Of a DNA stretch of 64,000 bases, positions 47,030-60,634 are shown piece by piece. Origin of the DNA: Eledone cirrhosa (lineage: Eukaryota). The translations under genes and the position numbers were made by a program. A model generated the notes under the pieces. The model was not told the origin of the DNA. It made no database searches and worked only from the letters and a program-made list of their open reading frames with translations. Each line of letters begins with the position of its first letter. Position 1 is the stretch's first letter. The DNA lies in assembly GCA_964016885.1 (NCBI GenBank), contig CAXHJY010001205.1:1-64000 (forward strand). Reading direction: 5' to 3'.

Positions 47030-47630
47030 TTGGTGCTACTGGTAACATGTATCCCAGTACAACCTGTCTCATGGTCGGGTCGTTGGCGACTAAACTGGCA
47101 ACCCCACCAAGGTTTCTTGGTGAGGAGGGTGACTTTGGACATCCTGCAGGACTAAAAACAAAACCTGTCAAAGGGCAAAGGAGCTCTTAAGAGTCAATGG
47201 CCATCCAAAATCACCGGGAGAGATGACCCCTTAGCCTTTGTCAAGGCAGAATTCTAGGAGAAGGAAAACTCTGATATAACACCTGCAACCCTGATGGTAT
47301 CCAATGATGTTGACTTGTTCTTCTTTTTGGTAAATATCATCTTGGTTAAGAGAGTGGGACTGGCTTTGTGCAGTGCCTTTGCTCACTATAAAAGCTTCAC
47401 GGCACAGGCATTGCTTTATATCTGGAGATCTCTCTGCACTTGTCGTCACATGGTACCATGGGCCCAGCACTATGTGTCAGTAATTGTCACAAGTGTAGTG
47501 TTTGTACCAGAGTTTTCAAGTCGCTGGCTGGACTAAAAAGTCACACTCGTTCAGCGCATCGGTAGGGGTTCTCCTACATGGATATAAAGTAGTGGCCGTA
47601 CTCGAAAACGAGTTGGCAGCCACCACCATA
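47025..47630 (+). mobile_element. Probable internally deleted RTE-derived element ending in a C2H2 zinc-finger remnant
   Basis: Frame 47470-47565 gives LCVSNCHKCSVCTRVFKSLAGLKSHTRSAHR* (C-X2-C-X12-H-X4-H), followed by a short tail ending CACCACCAT; the upstream part is non-coding and UTR-like. Confidence 0.5.
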
Positions 47631-47655
47631 TATATATATATTTACTTATATATAT

Positions 47656-47981
47656 GGAGGCACATGGCTTAGTGGTTAGAGCATTGGCCTTGCAATCAAA
47701 AGGTTGTGAGTTCAATTCTCAGACCAGGTGATGTGTTGTTTCCTTGAGCAAGACACTTTATTTCACATTGCTCCAGTTTACTCAGCTGTAGAAATGAGAT
47801 GATAGGGACTGGGGTCCATATCATTCCACTGCAAAGTGGTCGTGCAGGTGCCACGGCAAAAAAGCACCCAGCACTCATTGTAAATGAGGTTGGTGTTAGG
47901 AAGGGCATCTAGCTGTAGAAATCAAGCCAGAATCTGTTCCCATCCCACCCAAGCAGGAAAAAAGCGGACGTAAAATGAAAT
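47656..47981 (+). mobile_element. SINE family 1
   Basis: Full head, core and tail. Confidence 0.9.
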
Positions 47982-48142
47982 ATATATATATATATATGTC
48001 CACATGTATATATATGTATATATATGTATATATGTACACATGTATATATATGTATATATGTACACATGTATATATATATATGTATATATGTACACATGTA
48101 TATATGTAAACATGTGTATGTATATATACATATAGACTTGTA

Positions 48143-48385
48143 CTGGGTCTCCTGTAAAATCTGTCCAGCGATTCTTTCCTGAGATATTCTAACCACATGT
48201 CCATAGTATCGGAGCTGTGATCTCTCAATTCGGAGAAGAAGCAGCTCTACCTGGAGTGACTTTCTGATCTCCAAGCTATACACTCTATCAAATAACATTA
48301 CTCCAGAGACCCTGTGTCTTCTGCCGGTTGGTTTTACCTGTAAAATCTGTCCAGCGATTCTTTACTGAGACATTCTAACCATACC
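48143..48385 (-). pseudogene. RTE-clade RT C-terminal fragment, partly duplicated
   Basis: DRVYSLEIRKSLQVELLLLRIERSQLRYYGHVVRISQERIAGQIL; second partial copy VRMSQ*RIAGQILQVKPTGRR. Confidence 0.8.
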
Positions 48386-48819
48386 TTTACTGTGAGTAAG
48401 GTAAATGGTAAATGGTTAAAAGAAACAAATTAGTAGGGCCAGTTTCAGGCAAGTTGGACACATTCAGTTGTCTTATCCAGACAACATTGTACAAAATGTA
48501 ACCTAAACATTATCAATCAAATAATGAAATAATCGAATTAGATTAAATCAAATCAAATTTTTAAGTAAAAATACTAAATCATGAATTTATTGACTTCAAC
48601 AGAAAGAAAGAGATAGAATCTGACAAACAAAATTTAGTTTCCAACCATGTCCAAATTTAGAGAGAATATAGTTTTCCTCTGCCTTATTTTTTAATGTTTA
48701 GCTGATTAACATGGTGATTTCATAGAAAATAATCATTAATTTATACTGAATCTAATTAATACAAATAGTTAGAATGAATTTCTTGTTGTCTAATTCTGCA
48801 GAGAGTGGGTTGGTCTTAT

Positions 48820-49050
48820 TGTTCTTCTTGTTGCTGCTGTTGGTGGTGGTGCTGGTAATGTTGGTGTTGTTGTTGCTGTTGTCCTTGTTGCTGTTGCTGT
48901 TGCCCTTGTTGCTGTTGTTGTTGGTAATGTTGCTGTTGTTCTTGTTGCAGTTTTTGTTGTTCTTCTTCTTTTTATTGTCCTTGTTGTTTTTGCTGCTCTT
49001 GTTGTTGTTGTTGTTACTATTCTTTTTTTTTTTGCTGATGTTTTTTTAAT
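48820..49050. repeat. (TTG)n-like microsatellite
   Basis: Directly visible. Confidence 0.9.
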
Positions 49051-49553
49051 TACCATGAGCTAACCTTTGTGTGTGTGTATGTATATATGTGTGTGTGTGT
49101 GTATGTATATGTGTGAGTGTGTGTGTGTGTTTGTGTGTGTGTGTTATCTAAAATATAATCAATTTTAGAATTGTTTGTTGTTGTTGTTGTTGTTATTTTT
49201 TTATTTTATATATTTCTATATTTATTAAACTAGATTATACACCTGAAGTAATGTTCTGACTGATTCCACTCTTTAAATATCAGATCCAGAATTTAAAAAG
49301 TGTGTTGCTACTATTGTTGTTGTTGTTGTTGTTCCAGAATTAACTTTTCGCAAAAAGTAAATGAATGGATAATAAATAAATAAATATTTAGAATAAAATA
49401 AACAAATTAATTAAATTAAATTTAAAAAATAAATGTATATATAATAAAATAAATAAATATATAATAAATAAAATAGATATATATATATAAAAATAAATTA
49501 ATTAATGAATATATAAAAGAAACAAATATATATTTCAACTAATATATATATAT

Positions 49554-49591
<38 letters not shown>

Positions 49592-49816
49592 GTATATGAA
49601 TGAAATGGAATAGAATCTAATATTAGCGATATCAATATTTTGGGTTTATTGGAAAATTGGGAGTGAAAGACAATAGTTGTTTGGTAGGCAACAGTAATTA
49701 TTGCCTCTACTGAGAGAGAGAGGGAGAGGGAGAGACAGAGAGAGAGTGGGGAGGGTTTGAGAGATCTTCCATTGTAATGGACAAAGAAATTGAAATTTAT
49801 TGTAGCATTTATAATG

Positions 49817-50098
49817 TATAAGAGGGATAAGCTGTAGTGTGCGGGGGAGAAGACTGCGATGGTATGGACATGTGATGTGCATGGAGGGTGACCTCTTGGT
49901 AAAGAAGTGCCAAGAAATCCCAGTAGAAGGAAGTCGCAGTAGAGGAAGACCTCGAAAATGATGGGCGGAGGTGGTGAGAGCAGACCTCAGATCGCTGAAA
50001 CTCACGGAGGAGATGACAAAGGATCATGACAAATGGAGAGATGCTGTGCTGAATAGGACCTGTCCCACCTTTGCAAGTAGGGAAAGTGGAAGTAAAAT
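49817..50098 (+). pseudogene. RTE-clade RT C-terminal fragment
   Basis: IRGISCSVRGRRLRWYGHVMCME...GRPRK*WAEVVRADL...DHDKWR. Confidence 0.85.
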
Positions 50099-50104
50099 GA
50101 TTAT

Positions 50105-50265
50105 CCAGACACTGCACTCAGTGCTCCTGTGGGAGCCCCTGCATGGACACACTAGAAGAGGGAGACCGAGGCTGGCATATGTTGAGGCTCTAAGGACAGA
50201 CACTGGTCTCTTGGAGACACAGGACATGGCAGCGATGATGAGGGACAGAGACTGCTGGTGAGAAG
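50105..50265 (+). pseudogene. Second, distinct RTE-like C-terminal fragment
   Basis: SVLLWEPLHGHTRRGRPRLAYVEALRTDTG...MRDRDCW. Confidence 0.75.
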
Positions 50266-50959
50266 TTGTCCATGGATCTCGGGAATTTTACCTGCCCTAG
50301 ATATATATATATATATATGCATTGTCATAAATACATACATATATATATATGTATATATAGACACACACACATATATATACACACATATATGTGTGTATAT
50401 GTATGTATGTAGTATTGAGGATATTATTGTTAAAAGAAAGACTGTTATTATGTACAGGTGATGACTGATAACATTATACATTATCTCTACATTAACATCA
50501 CTCTCATTCACATCTCTATCATTGCTCTCTAAACTATTGATTCTACACTGGTTTAAATATTCTTTCTCTCCTGTCATCAAAGATCTTTTATTGAAAACCA
50601 GGCCATTTCCTCTCTACATTCGAACTGTCACGAATATCCCTTAAAATTCATTTTTATTAACATTTTCTTTTCTTTTCTTATTGTTTGTTTGGTTTGTTTT
50701 TTTTCCATTCAAGACAGATGTATTCATTTGTTCCTGTCTATTTTATTGAATTTCTTGTAAATTTTGTTTTGTTATTTATCATTTCCATTTGGTGTATGTT
50801 TCTAAACGAACAGTTTCTCGATCTCACCTTGTCACGTTGTTTTAAATTTTTATTAGTGTATCATGATTTATGTTTTGCTAGTGTTTGGAAATAAATAAAC
50901 ATTTAGGTTATATTAGTCGTCACTCAATATAGACCTGTTCCTCAGATAGGGAAAACTGT

Positions 50960-51578
50960 GTTTTAATCATAGAAAGCACATCCAACTTTAAAGAAAAAAA
51001 AACTTGCCAAATAAGACATGAATACTTCTCGAGTCTGATGCCACAATAAAATGCACTCAGTACATTCAGTGAAATGGTTAGTGATAGAAAGCATATCCAA
51101 CTGTAAAAAATACTTGCTGAATAAGACATGGATACCTCAGGGTGCTGTTGCTGCAATAAAATGCATCGAGTACATTCGGTGAAGTGGTTGGTGGTAGGAA
51201 ATGCATCCAGCTGTAAAAGAATTTGCCTAACAAAACATGGATACCTCAAGTGCTGGTGTCACAATAAAATGCACCCTGTGTATTCAGTGAAATGGTTGGT
51301 GGTAGGAAATACATCCAGCTGTAGAAAACTTGCCAAACGAATGGGTTGAAAGGATCTTTAGCTGTGTCAAAGACATGACAACCTAGTGCTGGTGCTACAA
51401 TAGAATACACGCTGTACACACAGTAGAGTGTAGGAATGTCTGCGAGATGTAGGCTCCCCTCTCCATCTCAGAAGTCAGTCGCTCTGATTATGTACTAACT
51501 TGGTCTATGAAAATCCATACAACCTTTGCTAGGAGAAACATTGGATGCTAAATGATGATGATGATGATGATGATGATA
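50960..51578 (+). mobile_element. Old tandem copies of the RTE/SINE tail
   Basis: Repeated GTGGTTGGTGGTAGGAAATGCATCCAGCTGTA (unit about 118 bp), ending in (GAT)n. Confidence 0.65.
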
Positions 51579-51771
51579 ATTTTTGGTGCTTTTAGCTGCT
51601 CCTGATTTTGTTTTGCTGCGCGTGTGCTCATGATTTTCATATGCTTCTTCTATCTTTCCTATCTTTTCTTATATAAATGGTGATACTTATGCTTACTTCC
51701 CATATTATGTATACTTCTAATGTCCTTAGAACTACTTCTGATATTATATTTGTGTTTTAACCTTTATTATA

Positions 51772-51818
51772 TACTCTGGTGATTCCGGCCTTGTGCTAGG
51801 ATGAAACAATTGTAAGTG
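51772..51818 (+). ncRNA. Hammerhead-like motif with a core variant (family C)
   Basis: tact-CTGGTGA-ttccggccttgtgctaggat-GAAA-caattg-TA-agtg; A6 replaced by G. Confidence 0.6.
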
Positions 51819-51857
51819 AATAAATGTTTTAAACACTCTTTGATTGTAATTTATAAA

Positions 51858-51915
<58 letters not shown>

Positions 51916-52065
51916 TTATCATTAGTATTTTCAAATTTGAAAGCGGAAATGTTATTCCCATGTGTATGTCGAAATGTCGAAGTTCAAGAAAAAATGTCAA
52001 TGCAAATCAGTTAAATATATGAACAATAAGAGATATGCCTTCTCAGTTGTGTGTGTGTGCATATA

Positions 52066-52112
<47 letters not shown>

Positions 52113-52113
52113 G

Positions 52114-52161
<48 letters not shown>

Positions 52162-52166
<5 letters not shown>

Positions 52167-52219
52167 GTAAGTATGTATGTATACGTACATACATATATGT
52201 ATACAGACGTACAGTATCA

Positions 52220-52255
<36 letters not shown>

Positions 52256-52351
52256 CAGGCACGCATATATATATATGTACGTATCAGTTTAGCGAATACT
52301 GTACGTCTGTATACATATATGTATGTACGTATACATACATACTTACATTTA
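52162..52351. repeat. Perfect ~56-bp inverted repeat with ~78-bp spacer
   Basis: TAAATGTAAG...CAGACGTACAGTAT versus ATACTGTACGTCTG...CTTACATTTA. Confidence 0.9.
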
Positions 52352-52405
52352 AGTAAGTGCCGTACTAAGAGTGAGAAATGAAATTTCGTTTCATTCTATT
52401 CCATT

Positions 52406-52436
<31 letters not shown>

Positions 52437-52625
52437 GTATATATATATATGTATATATATATATGTATATATATATATGTGTATATATATATGTGTATAT
52501 ATATATGTGTATATATATATATGTGTATATATATATATATGTGTATATATATATGTGTATATATATATATATGTGTATATATATATATATGTGTATATAT
52601 ATATGTATATATATATATGTATATA

Positions 52626-52845
<220 letters not shown>

Positions 52846-52890
52846 GAGGTTCTCTGGAGATACAAATATCTCATTTTTCTTTCTCATTAG

Positions 52891-53055
52891 AAAACCATTT
52901 AATCCACCTCAATAAATCATATTTGAATGAGGATGAATCAAAAAGAATTTGTCCCTGGAGGGGGATTGTTCTACCAATATTGTCTCTTCATATTGTCTTT
53001 ACTCACATTCTTGTTTATATTGTGCTTATTGGCTCAACTTATTATTGTTTCAGGG
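52891..53055 (+). CDS. Candidate exon encoding a hydrophobic (signal peptide or transmembrane) segment
   Basis: Acceptor TTTTTCTTTCTCATTAG and donor GGG|GTATAT, 165 nt apart; one fully open frame (NHLIHLNK...[33 protein letters not shown]) and one ATG-initiated frame (MRMNQKEF...LIIVSG). Confidence 0.3.
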
Positions 53056-53204
53056 GTATATGGATCTATGTATGTGCTGTGTGTGTGTGTGTGTATATGT
53101 ATATGTATATGTATGTATATATATATAGATATATATATATGGATGTGTATGTATGTATGTATATATATATATTTATGGATGTGTATGTATATATATATAT
53201 ATGG

Positions 53205-53252
<48 letters not shown>

Positions 53253-53464
53253 ATGGGTATGTATATATATATATGGATGTGTATGTATATATATATATAT
53301 GTACATATATAGATGTGTATATATATAGATGTACGTATATATATATACGTACATACACAGAAGTGTGTATATATATAGATATATGTATGTTTGTGTGTGT
53401 TTGTATATATATATATATATATATAGTATAAGAATAAAAGAACAAAGAATCAGTGTTGCATTAT

Positions 53465-53558
53465 AACATATTACATATGTTTCACTGAAGATCAGCTCGA
53501 GGAATGATCCATTATTGATCGAACCTGACTCTGGAATCGAAAGATCCTCAGATATGCC
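53465..53558 (-). ncRNA. Type-I hammerhead ribozyme with extended stem II (family C)
   Basis: ggcatat-CTGAGGA-(~61 nt)-GAAA-catatg-TA-atatgtt; 7-bp stem I including 2 G-U pairs; palindromic stem III. Confidence 0.7.
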
Positions 53559-53661
53559 TTAATATGTAAGCTCGTCTCTGATTTTATACTCTGCTCTGCG
53601 CGAACATCGAGTGCTCAACCAGGCATACTGCCTACGGACGCAATTATCTTGCACCTATACA

Positions 53662-53696
<35 letters not shown>

Positions 53697-54788
53697 CCCA
53701 TGCTAGCGTGGAAAGTGGACATTAAACGGTGATGATTATATATAATACCTCAGATATTCGAAACAACAAACAGCGGAGGACACGTTTCGCACCTTTCCGA
53801 CAGACACCACCCCCCACCCCGGTAAAAATTAAAAACCCTAGTTGATGGATGTGAATCCGAAATATATAGGGACAATTAAATCTCTCCCAAGGTAACTCTT
53901 TCTCGTGTTGTTATTTTTATTTTTATCCTTTACGTTCTTTCCTTCATTCCTCTACACGCTACAGTCTTATACATGCCACGCATCTCAACGTACACCCACT
54001 TACATCTCTCTCTCCACCGCCGGATCTTGTTACCCGGAGATTTACCCATTTGCATTGTCGAGGCTTCCAAACGACTTAAAGATATTTACTTATTATTCCA
54101 CAATGCTTCAAGCAAACTTCAATACTCTCTTATATATATATGTATTATTAATTAACGTGGCTGAAACGACATGTAGGAATTTATAAATATTTTGTTATAA
54201 CGACTTGTGACTCCTACACTTATTAGTTTGCTTATATATATATCTGTGTGTGTGTGTGTGTGTCTATACATATATGTATGTATAAATATATATATATATT
54301 TACATATATATACATATATGTGTATATGTATGTATATACATATTGATTGTTTTTCAAGATTGTTCATGTGAAACGTTATATTGAATTAGATATCGACGTA
54401 TTTACTTTGGTCAGATTTTCGTTCTAACAATAAACACACAGGAAACTTAGTTTTAATTGATTTTAGTATTATAACTAACCATCACCATCATCACGATCAC
54501 CACCACCATTATCATTATCATCATCATCCACATCATAGTCATTACCGCCACTAGCACTAACACTATCGCCCCGATCACCATCACCATCACCGCCATCACA
54601 ATCATATTCATTACCACCACCACCACCACTATCGCCATCATCAACATCATCATAACTACTACCATCACCAACATTATCATCATCATCACTACTATTTTCA
54701 TCACCCTCACCCTCAATACCACCACCACCACCACTATTATTATTATTATTTTGAACTCAGACCTTATGTCATCAAAATCCAAGAGTGA

Positions 54789-54908
54789 GTTGTACCAAAT
54801 GACCAAAGGTTGTAGCCATTGGCCAAGGGTCGTACCAAATGACCAAGGGTTGTACCAATTGGCTAAGGGTCATACTAAATGACCAAGGGTTGTACCAATT
54901 GGCCAAGG
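54789..54908. repeat. 20-bp x 6 tandem repeat with alternating variants
   Basis: GTTGTACCAAATGACCAAGG / GTTGTACCAATTGGCCAAGG. Confidence 0.9.
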
Positions 54909-54929
54909 TTCCTAAGTTCACTCTCCTTA

Positions 54930-55125
54930 TTATATTTGTAGAACTCTTCATAAAATTCTGGCTGTTTCTAAGGGTACAGTCTTTTGCAGCAATTCAGTCC
55001 AAATTTCTGCAGTAATCTTTGAGATCCCATTTTGTATTTTCTTTGTTACTACACCAGAGGCCCCTTGCAACATCTGGAATATCTTTCAATCTGTTCATTT
55101 CTTAAATTTGCTTTATTTCAAACTT
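54930..55125 (-). pseudogene. C-terminus of an REL-endonuclease non-LTR retrotransposon (R4/Dong-like)
   Basis: GASGVVTKKIQNGISK...ELLQKTVPLETARIL*RVL resembles the VVGALG...LLQKTALLGTARILRKVL terminal motif I recall for this group. Confidence 0.6.
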
Positions 55126-55304
55126 AACCCTTTCATTGCCACATTTCTAATGAAATACACTCTATTTTAATTAATTAATGAAGAATTTTATGGGGTTTAC
55201 TAAAATTATTAATTATTTCATTACTTCATTACTAAGATAGTAACTTAATGTAAGGTTCTTATATAAAATTATGTTGGAAGATTTTAATTTTAAATTGGAA
55301 ACCT

Positions 55305-55645
55305 CCCCGCCAAGGTTAACTTTGCCTTTCATCCTTACGGGAGGTCGATAAAATAAAGTACCAGTAATGCACTGGGGTCAATTTGATCGACTTTCCCTCC
55401 CACTTCCAAAAAATTATTAGATTGTGTCTAAATGAGAAAGCATTATTATTTAGGTGGATTGGCAGTATCGGTAGAGCATCGGACACCATGCTTTGCGGCA
55501 TAGAGTTACGGCCCTTTATGGTCTGAGTTCAAATCCCGCCAAGGTTAACTTTGCCTTTCATCCTTACGGGGTCGATAAAATAAAGTACCAGTAACACACT
55601 GGAATAATTGCTGGCTTTGTGCCAAAGTAGAAACTATTATTATTT
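55305..55645 (+). mobile_element. SINE family 2, partial plus full tandem copies
   Basis: Two GCCTTTCATCCTTACGG cores; (ATT)n tail. Confidence 0.85.
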
Positions 55646-56244
55646 AACACAGTTTAAAATTTAGAAACATCACTGTATCATAGAATCAAAGTGGTTCTGA
55701 AAATAGTAAAAAATTGGATTCATTTTCAATTCTACGTCTATTATTATTATTATTGTTGTTTTGGTTTTGGGTTTGGTTTTGGTTTTGTTTCCCTGATTTT
55801 CTATGGTTTTCTCTAACATCGAAAAAACTTTATTTGTTACAGAAATCTGGCTTCTCTCAACACATTTCTGTTTTATGTTTGAATAATGAAGTATTGTGGT
55901 CAAATTCAATATTTATTCGCACTGCCAAATCCAAATGTACACATATTTTCAAAAATATTTTGATTTTGCTACAGAGGAGTTACCAGTTGTGTCAATGGCA
56001 CAGTGACTTCTCTAGTGCCTGTGGCACAATCAAATGCACCAAGTACATGCTATGAAGTGGTTGGTGTTAGGAGGGCATCCAGCCACAGAAAACACACTAA
56101 ATAAAGGGGTGAGAGGATTCTTTGGTTGTGTCAAACACATGACAACCTCCTCACTAGTGCAGGTGCCTTTATAAGTTACAACCAATGTATGTTGTTGGGT
56201 ACGGGGATGTATGTCAGCAAGATATGATTTTATATACATACACA

Positions 56245-56487
56245 TCATCATCATCATCGTTTAACATCCATTTTCCATGCTAGCATGGGTTAGACGCGTT
56301 ATAGTTTAAGGCAAGTTGGGTCAGGTGGCCATGCCTTGCTCATACAGAACTGTTTCTGGTTTGGCTTCTATGGCTGGATGCCCTCCCTAATGCCAACTAG
56401 ATTTACAGTGAGGGTTGGGCACTTTTTGTCATGACGCCTACATGACCACTTTACAGTGTGGGCTGGATGCTTTATGTCATGACACCT
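56245..56487 (-). mobile_element. RTE-type tail fragment
   Basis: Reverse complement of the 21705-21994 type sequence. Confidence 0.7.
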
Positions 56488-56744
56488 ATATATATATATA
56501 TATATATATAAAATTCAAGAAAGGGAAGACCAATTGCTATGTGCATTGGTCTTCCCTGTCCTATGTACACTGGAGTGAGTGATATTGACCTTAATGCACC
56601 AAAACCACAAGGACCTCCAGAGGTCAACTTATGAGACAAGACTGTGTTATATGTTTCGTCTGTTTTTCCGTTGTCTTCACCCAACTTTTTTTTAAATTAC
56701 TTTATAAGATCATAACTGCATAGGTCATTCTTTCAAGTTATATG

Positions 56745-56747
56745 TTT

Positions 56748-56792
<45 letters not shown>

Positions 56793-56825
56793 CTATATAT
56801 ATATATATATATGTGTGTGTATATA

Positions 56826-56858
<33 letters not shown>

Positions 56859-56895
56859 GTGTGTGTATATATATATGTGTGTGTGTGTATATATA

Positions 56896-56926
<31 letters not shown>

Positions 56927-57697
56927 GTGTATATATATATATATATATGTGTGTGTATATATATATATATGTGTGTGTGTATATATATATATGCGTGTAT
57001 GTGTATATATATATATGTGTGTGTGTGTATATATATATATATGTGTGTATATATATGTATATATATATATATATATATGTGTAAATATATATGTATATAT
57101 ATGTGTATATATATATATGTGTAAATATATATGTATATATATGTGTATATATATGTGTATATATATATATGTGTATATATATATATATGTGTATATATAT
57201 ATATATGTGTATATATATATATGTGTATATATATATATATGTGTATATATATATGTGTATATATATGTGTATATATATATGTGTATATATATGTATGTGT
57301 ATGTATATGTGTATATATATGTATATGTATGTGTATATATATGTATATATATGTATATATATGTATATATATATATGTATATATATATGTATATATATAT
57401 ATGTATATATATATGTATATATATATATGTATATATATATGTATATATATATATGTATATATATATGTATATATATGTGTATATATATATGTATATATAT
57501 GTGTGTATATATATATATGTGTGCATATATATATGTATATATATGTGTACATATGTATATATATGTGTACATATATATGTATATATATGTGTATATATAT
57601 ATGTGTATATATATATATATGTATATATATATGTGTGTATATATATGTATATATATATGTATATATATATATAATATTTTATATATATATATATATA

Positions 57698-57738
<41 letters not shown>

Positions 57739-57745
57739 TTATATA
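56745..57745. repeat. (TA)/(TG) microsatellite; similar blocks at 39430-40150, 41105-41730, 43410-43930, 52400-52845 and 58915-59425
   Basis: Directly visible. Confidence 0.95.
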
Positions 57746-57993
57746 TAGTCGTCCTTTAAGTTGTTAAATAACAACTAGACTCCATCAAAGAACAAAGGCA
57801 GCACCATAGAAATTTGATAAAGTCCTGCAGTGAACATTACGAAAAGCTTTGAACAATTCACAGCAGCTCTCTTTACTTCCCTTTTCATTGTATGTTCAAT
57901 AGCTAATCAATTAAATCAATAGATCAATATTTATAGGTAGGCATTAAAAAACCATAATGAAGTTAGTGAAGCTGAAGGTCCAGATGTAACTGA

Positions 57994-58049
<56 letters not shown>

Positions 58050-58067
58050 GTACATACATACATATAT

Positions 58068-58325
58068 CATCATCATCATCATTTTATGTCCGCTTTTCCC
58101 TGCTTGCAAGGGTGGGACGGGAACTGATGCTGGCTTGATTTCTACAGCTGGATGCCCTTCCTAACACCAACCTCATTTACAGTGAGTGCTGGGTGCTTTT
58201 TTGCCGTGGCACCTCCACGACCACTTTGCAGTGGAATGATAGGGACCCCAGTCCCTATCATCTCATTTCTACAGCTGAGTAAACTGGAGCAATGTGAAAT
58301 AAAGTGTCTTGCTCAAGGAAACAAC
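58068..58325 (-). mobile_element. SINE family 1, 5'-truncated
   Basis: Core and tail present; head missing. Confidence 0.88.
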
Positions 58326-58377
58326 ATATATATGTATATAAAAATACATATATATATGTATATAAAAATACATATAT

Positions 58378-58415
<38 letters not shown>

Positions 58416-58452
58416 ATGAAGGAAATGTGGTAAGGAACCAGGTGGACCATTT

Positions 58453-58520
<68 letters not shown>

Positions 58521-58660
58521 CTACATATATACATGATCATCATCACCATTTTACATACATTTTCCAATGCTAACATGAGTTAGACGAGTTGTCCTGTTGC
58601 TATATGCACACACAAACACACACACATATATATATATATATATCTATATGTGTGTGTATA

Positions 58661-58850
58661 TAGAAGTAGTTCCACAACAGTTAATTCACCATTTCCAAGA
58701 ACAATTGTTTCACCTTAATCGGATCCTCAGCTCAGTTCGAATGAGTTTCCGTATAATCTCATTTAAACCAAGCTGATGAGCTGATGTACCGACTAAGGTG
58801 AAACAATTGTTCTCAGAAATGGTGAATTAACTGTTATGAAACTACTTCTA
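58661..58850. ncRNA. Fold-back cassette with two hammerhead arms (family C)
   Basis: Minus 58695-58735: ctgag-CTGAGGA-tccgattaaggt-GAAA-caattg-TT-cttgg. Plus 58768-58816: ccaag-CTGATGA-gctgatgtaccgactaaggt-GAAA-caattg-TT-ctcag. Confidence 0.8.
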
Positions 58851-58915
58851 CCAAACTCGTCCCATGGACTGAGTACTCTACTACTGTGGATATAACCACC
58901 AGTGTTCTACTATTA

Positions 58916-58954
<39 letters not shown>

Positions 58955-59278
58955 GTGTATATATATATGTATGTATATATATATATGTATATATGTGTAT
59001 ATATATATGTATATATATATATATATATATGTGTGTATATATATATATATGTGTATATATATATGTATGTATATATATATATATATGTATATATGTGTAT
59101 ATATATATGTATGTATATATATATATATATGTATATATGTGTATATATATATGTATATATATATATATATATGTGTGTATATATATATATATGTGTATAT
59201 ATATATGTATGTATATATATATATATATGTATATATGTGTATATATATATGTATATATATATATATATATGTGTATAT

Positions 59279-59316
<38 letters not shown>

Positions 59317-59358
59317 ATATATATATATATGTATATATATATGTATATATATATATAT

Positions 59359-59419
<61 letters not shown>

Positions 59420-59433
59420 TATATAGAGAGAGA

Positions 59434-59469
<36 letters not shown>

Positions 59470-60065
59470 TAAGGCCAGTTACTGCAATGGAGACCATACT
59501 TGTTCAACCTTTGAAGTTGGTCATCCATACGAACACTATGTAAGTTCTTGATTTGGCCAGGGAGATACGCTGTATAACATCTAATCTGCTGTTTTAACAA
59601 CTCCACCAAATCATCAGGTCTAGAATTAATACTTTATTTTATGAAACCCCGAAAGGAGAGAATGCAAAGTTGATGACATTTATGTCATTTCAATAAAATA
59701 TTACAGCAGAAACTTTGATCTGTTTTTGATGCGAAACCCCTTACAGCTGACCTTTCGTTCAGTAGACTGAGCTGTGTATTATAGAAATTATTGTATTTAT
59801 TGAAAAACTATCCATCAAAATGTTATGTAAGAAACTTTATTAAGTTATGTTCCGAATAGCAGCTTGATAATATCGAGAAAGTTTGTCATATTATTAGATA
59901 TCTTCGAATTTATTTGAAAATTATTGGCAATGTCTTTTAGAAGTGTGGCAATGAAAGTGTTATATGTATGTATACACATATTCATACATACATATATATA
60001 TATGTGTGTGTGTGTGTGAATGTATAAATATGTATGTATGAATGTTGTGTATATATATTTATATA

Positions 60066-60265
60066 TATCAAGTTTAATATAGAAATGGCTTTTACAGGAC
60101 GAAAAGTGTTTCATTCATATGAAATCATCAGGAAAGCTCTGATGATTTCTTTTAAATGAAACAGTTATACTCCTGTAGAAGCCATTTCTATATTAAATTT
60201 GATATTTACACTCTACTATTATATTGAGTACTTTACTAACTGTGGTTACCCCCGATTGAACATGG
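60066..60265. ncRNA. Hammerhead family B fold-back cassette
   Basis: Plus: CTGATGA(60139)-tttcttttaaat-GAAA-cag ttatactc ctg-TA-gaagcc. Minus: gctttc-CTGATGA-tttcatatgaat-GAAA-cac...ctg-TA-aaagcc. Inverted repeat 60066-60204. Confidence 0.78.
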
Positions 60266-60276
60266 GGCTTGCATAT

Positions 60277-60618
60277 CATCATCATCATCATTTCATTTAA
60301 CGTCCACTTTTCCCTGCTTGCAAGGGTGAGACGGGAACTGATTTGGCTTGATTTCTACAGCTGGATGCCCTTCCTAACACCAACCTCATTTACAGTGAGT
60401 GCTGGGTGCGTTTTTGCCGTGGCACCTCCACGACCACTTTGCAGTGGAATGATATGGACCCCAGTCCCTATCATCTCATTTCTACAGCTGAGTAAACTGG
60501 AGCAATGTGAAATAAAGTGTCTTGCTCAAGGAAACAACACATCACCCGGTCTGAGAATTGAACTCACAACCTTTCGATTGCAAGGCCAATGCTCTAACCA
60601 CTGAGCCATGTGCCTCCA
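60277..60618 (-). mobile_element. SINE family 1, full length
   Basis: Reverse complement of head, core and tail. Confidence 0.9.
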
Positions 60619-60634
60619 TATATATATATATATA

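Noticed and set aside
59470-59609. Possible CR1/L2-type RT C-terminal remnant on the minus strand
   Set aside because: Similarity is too weak to support by eye.
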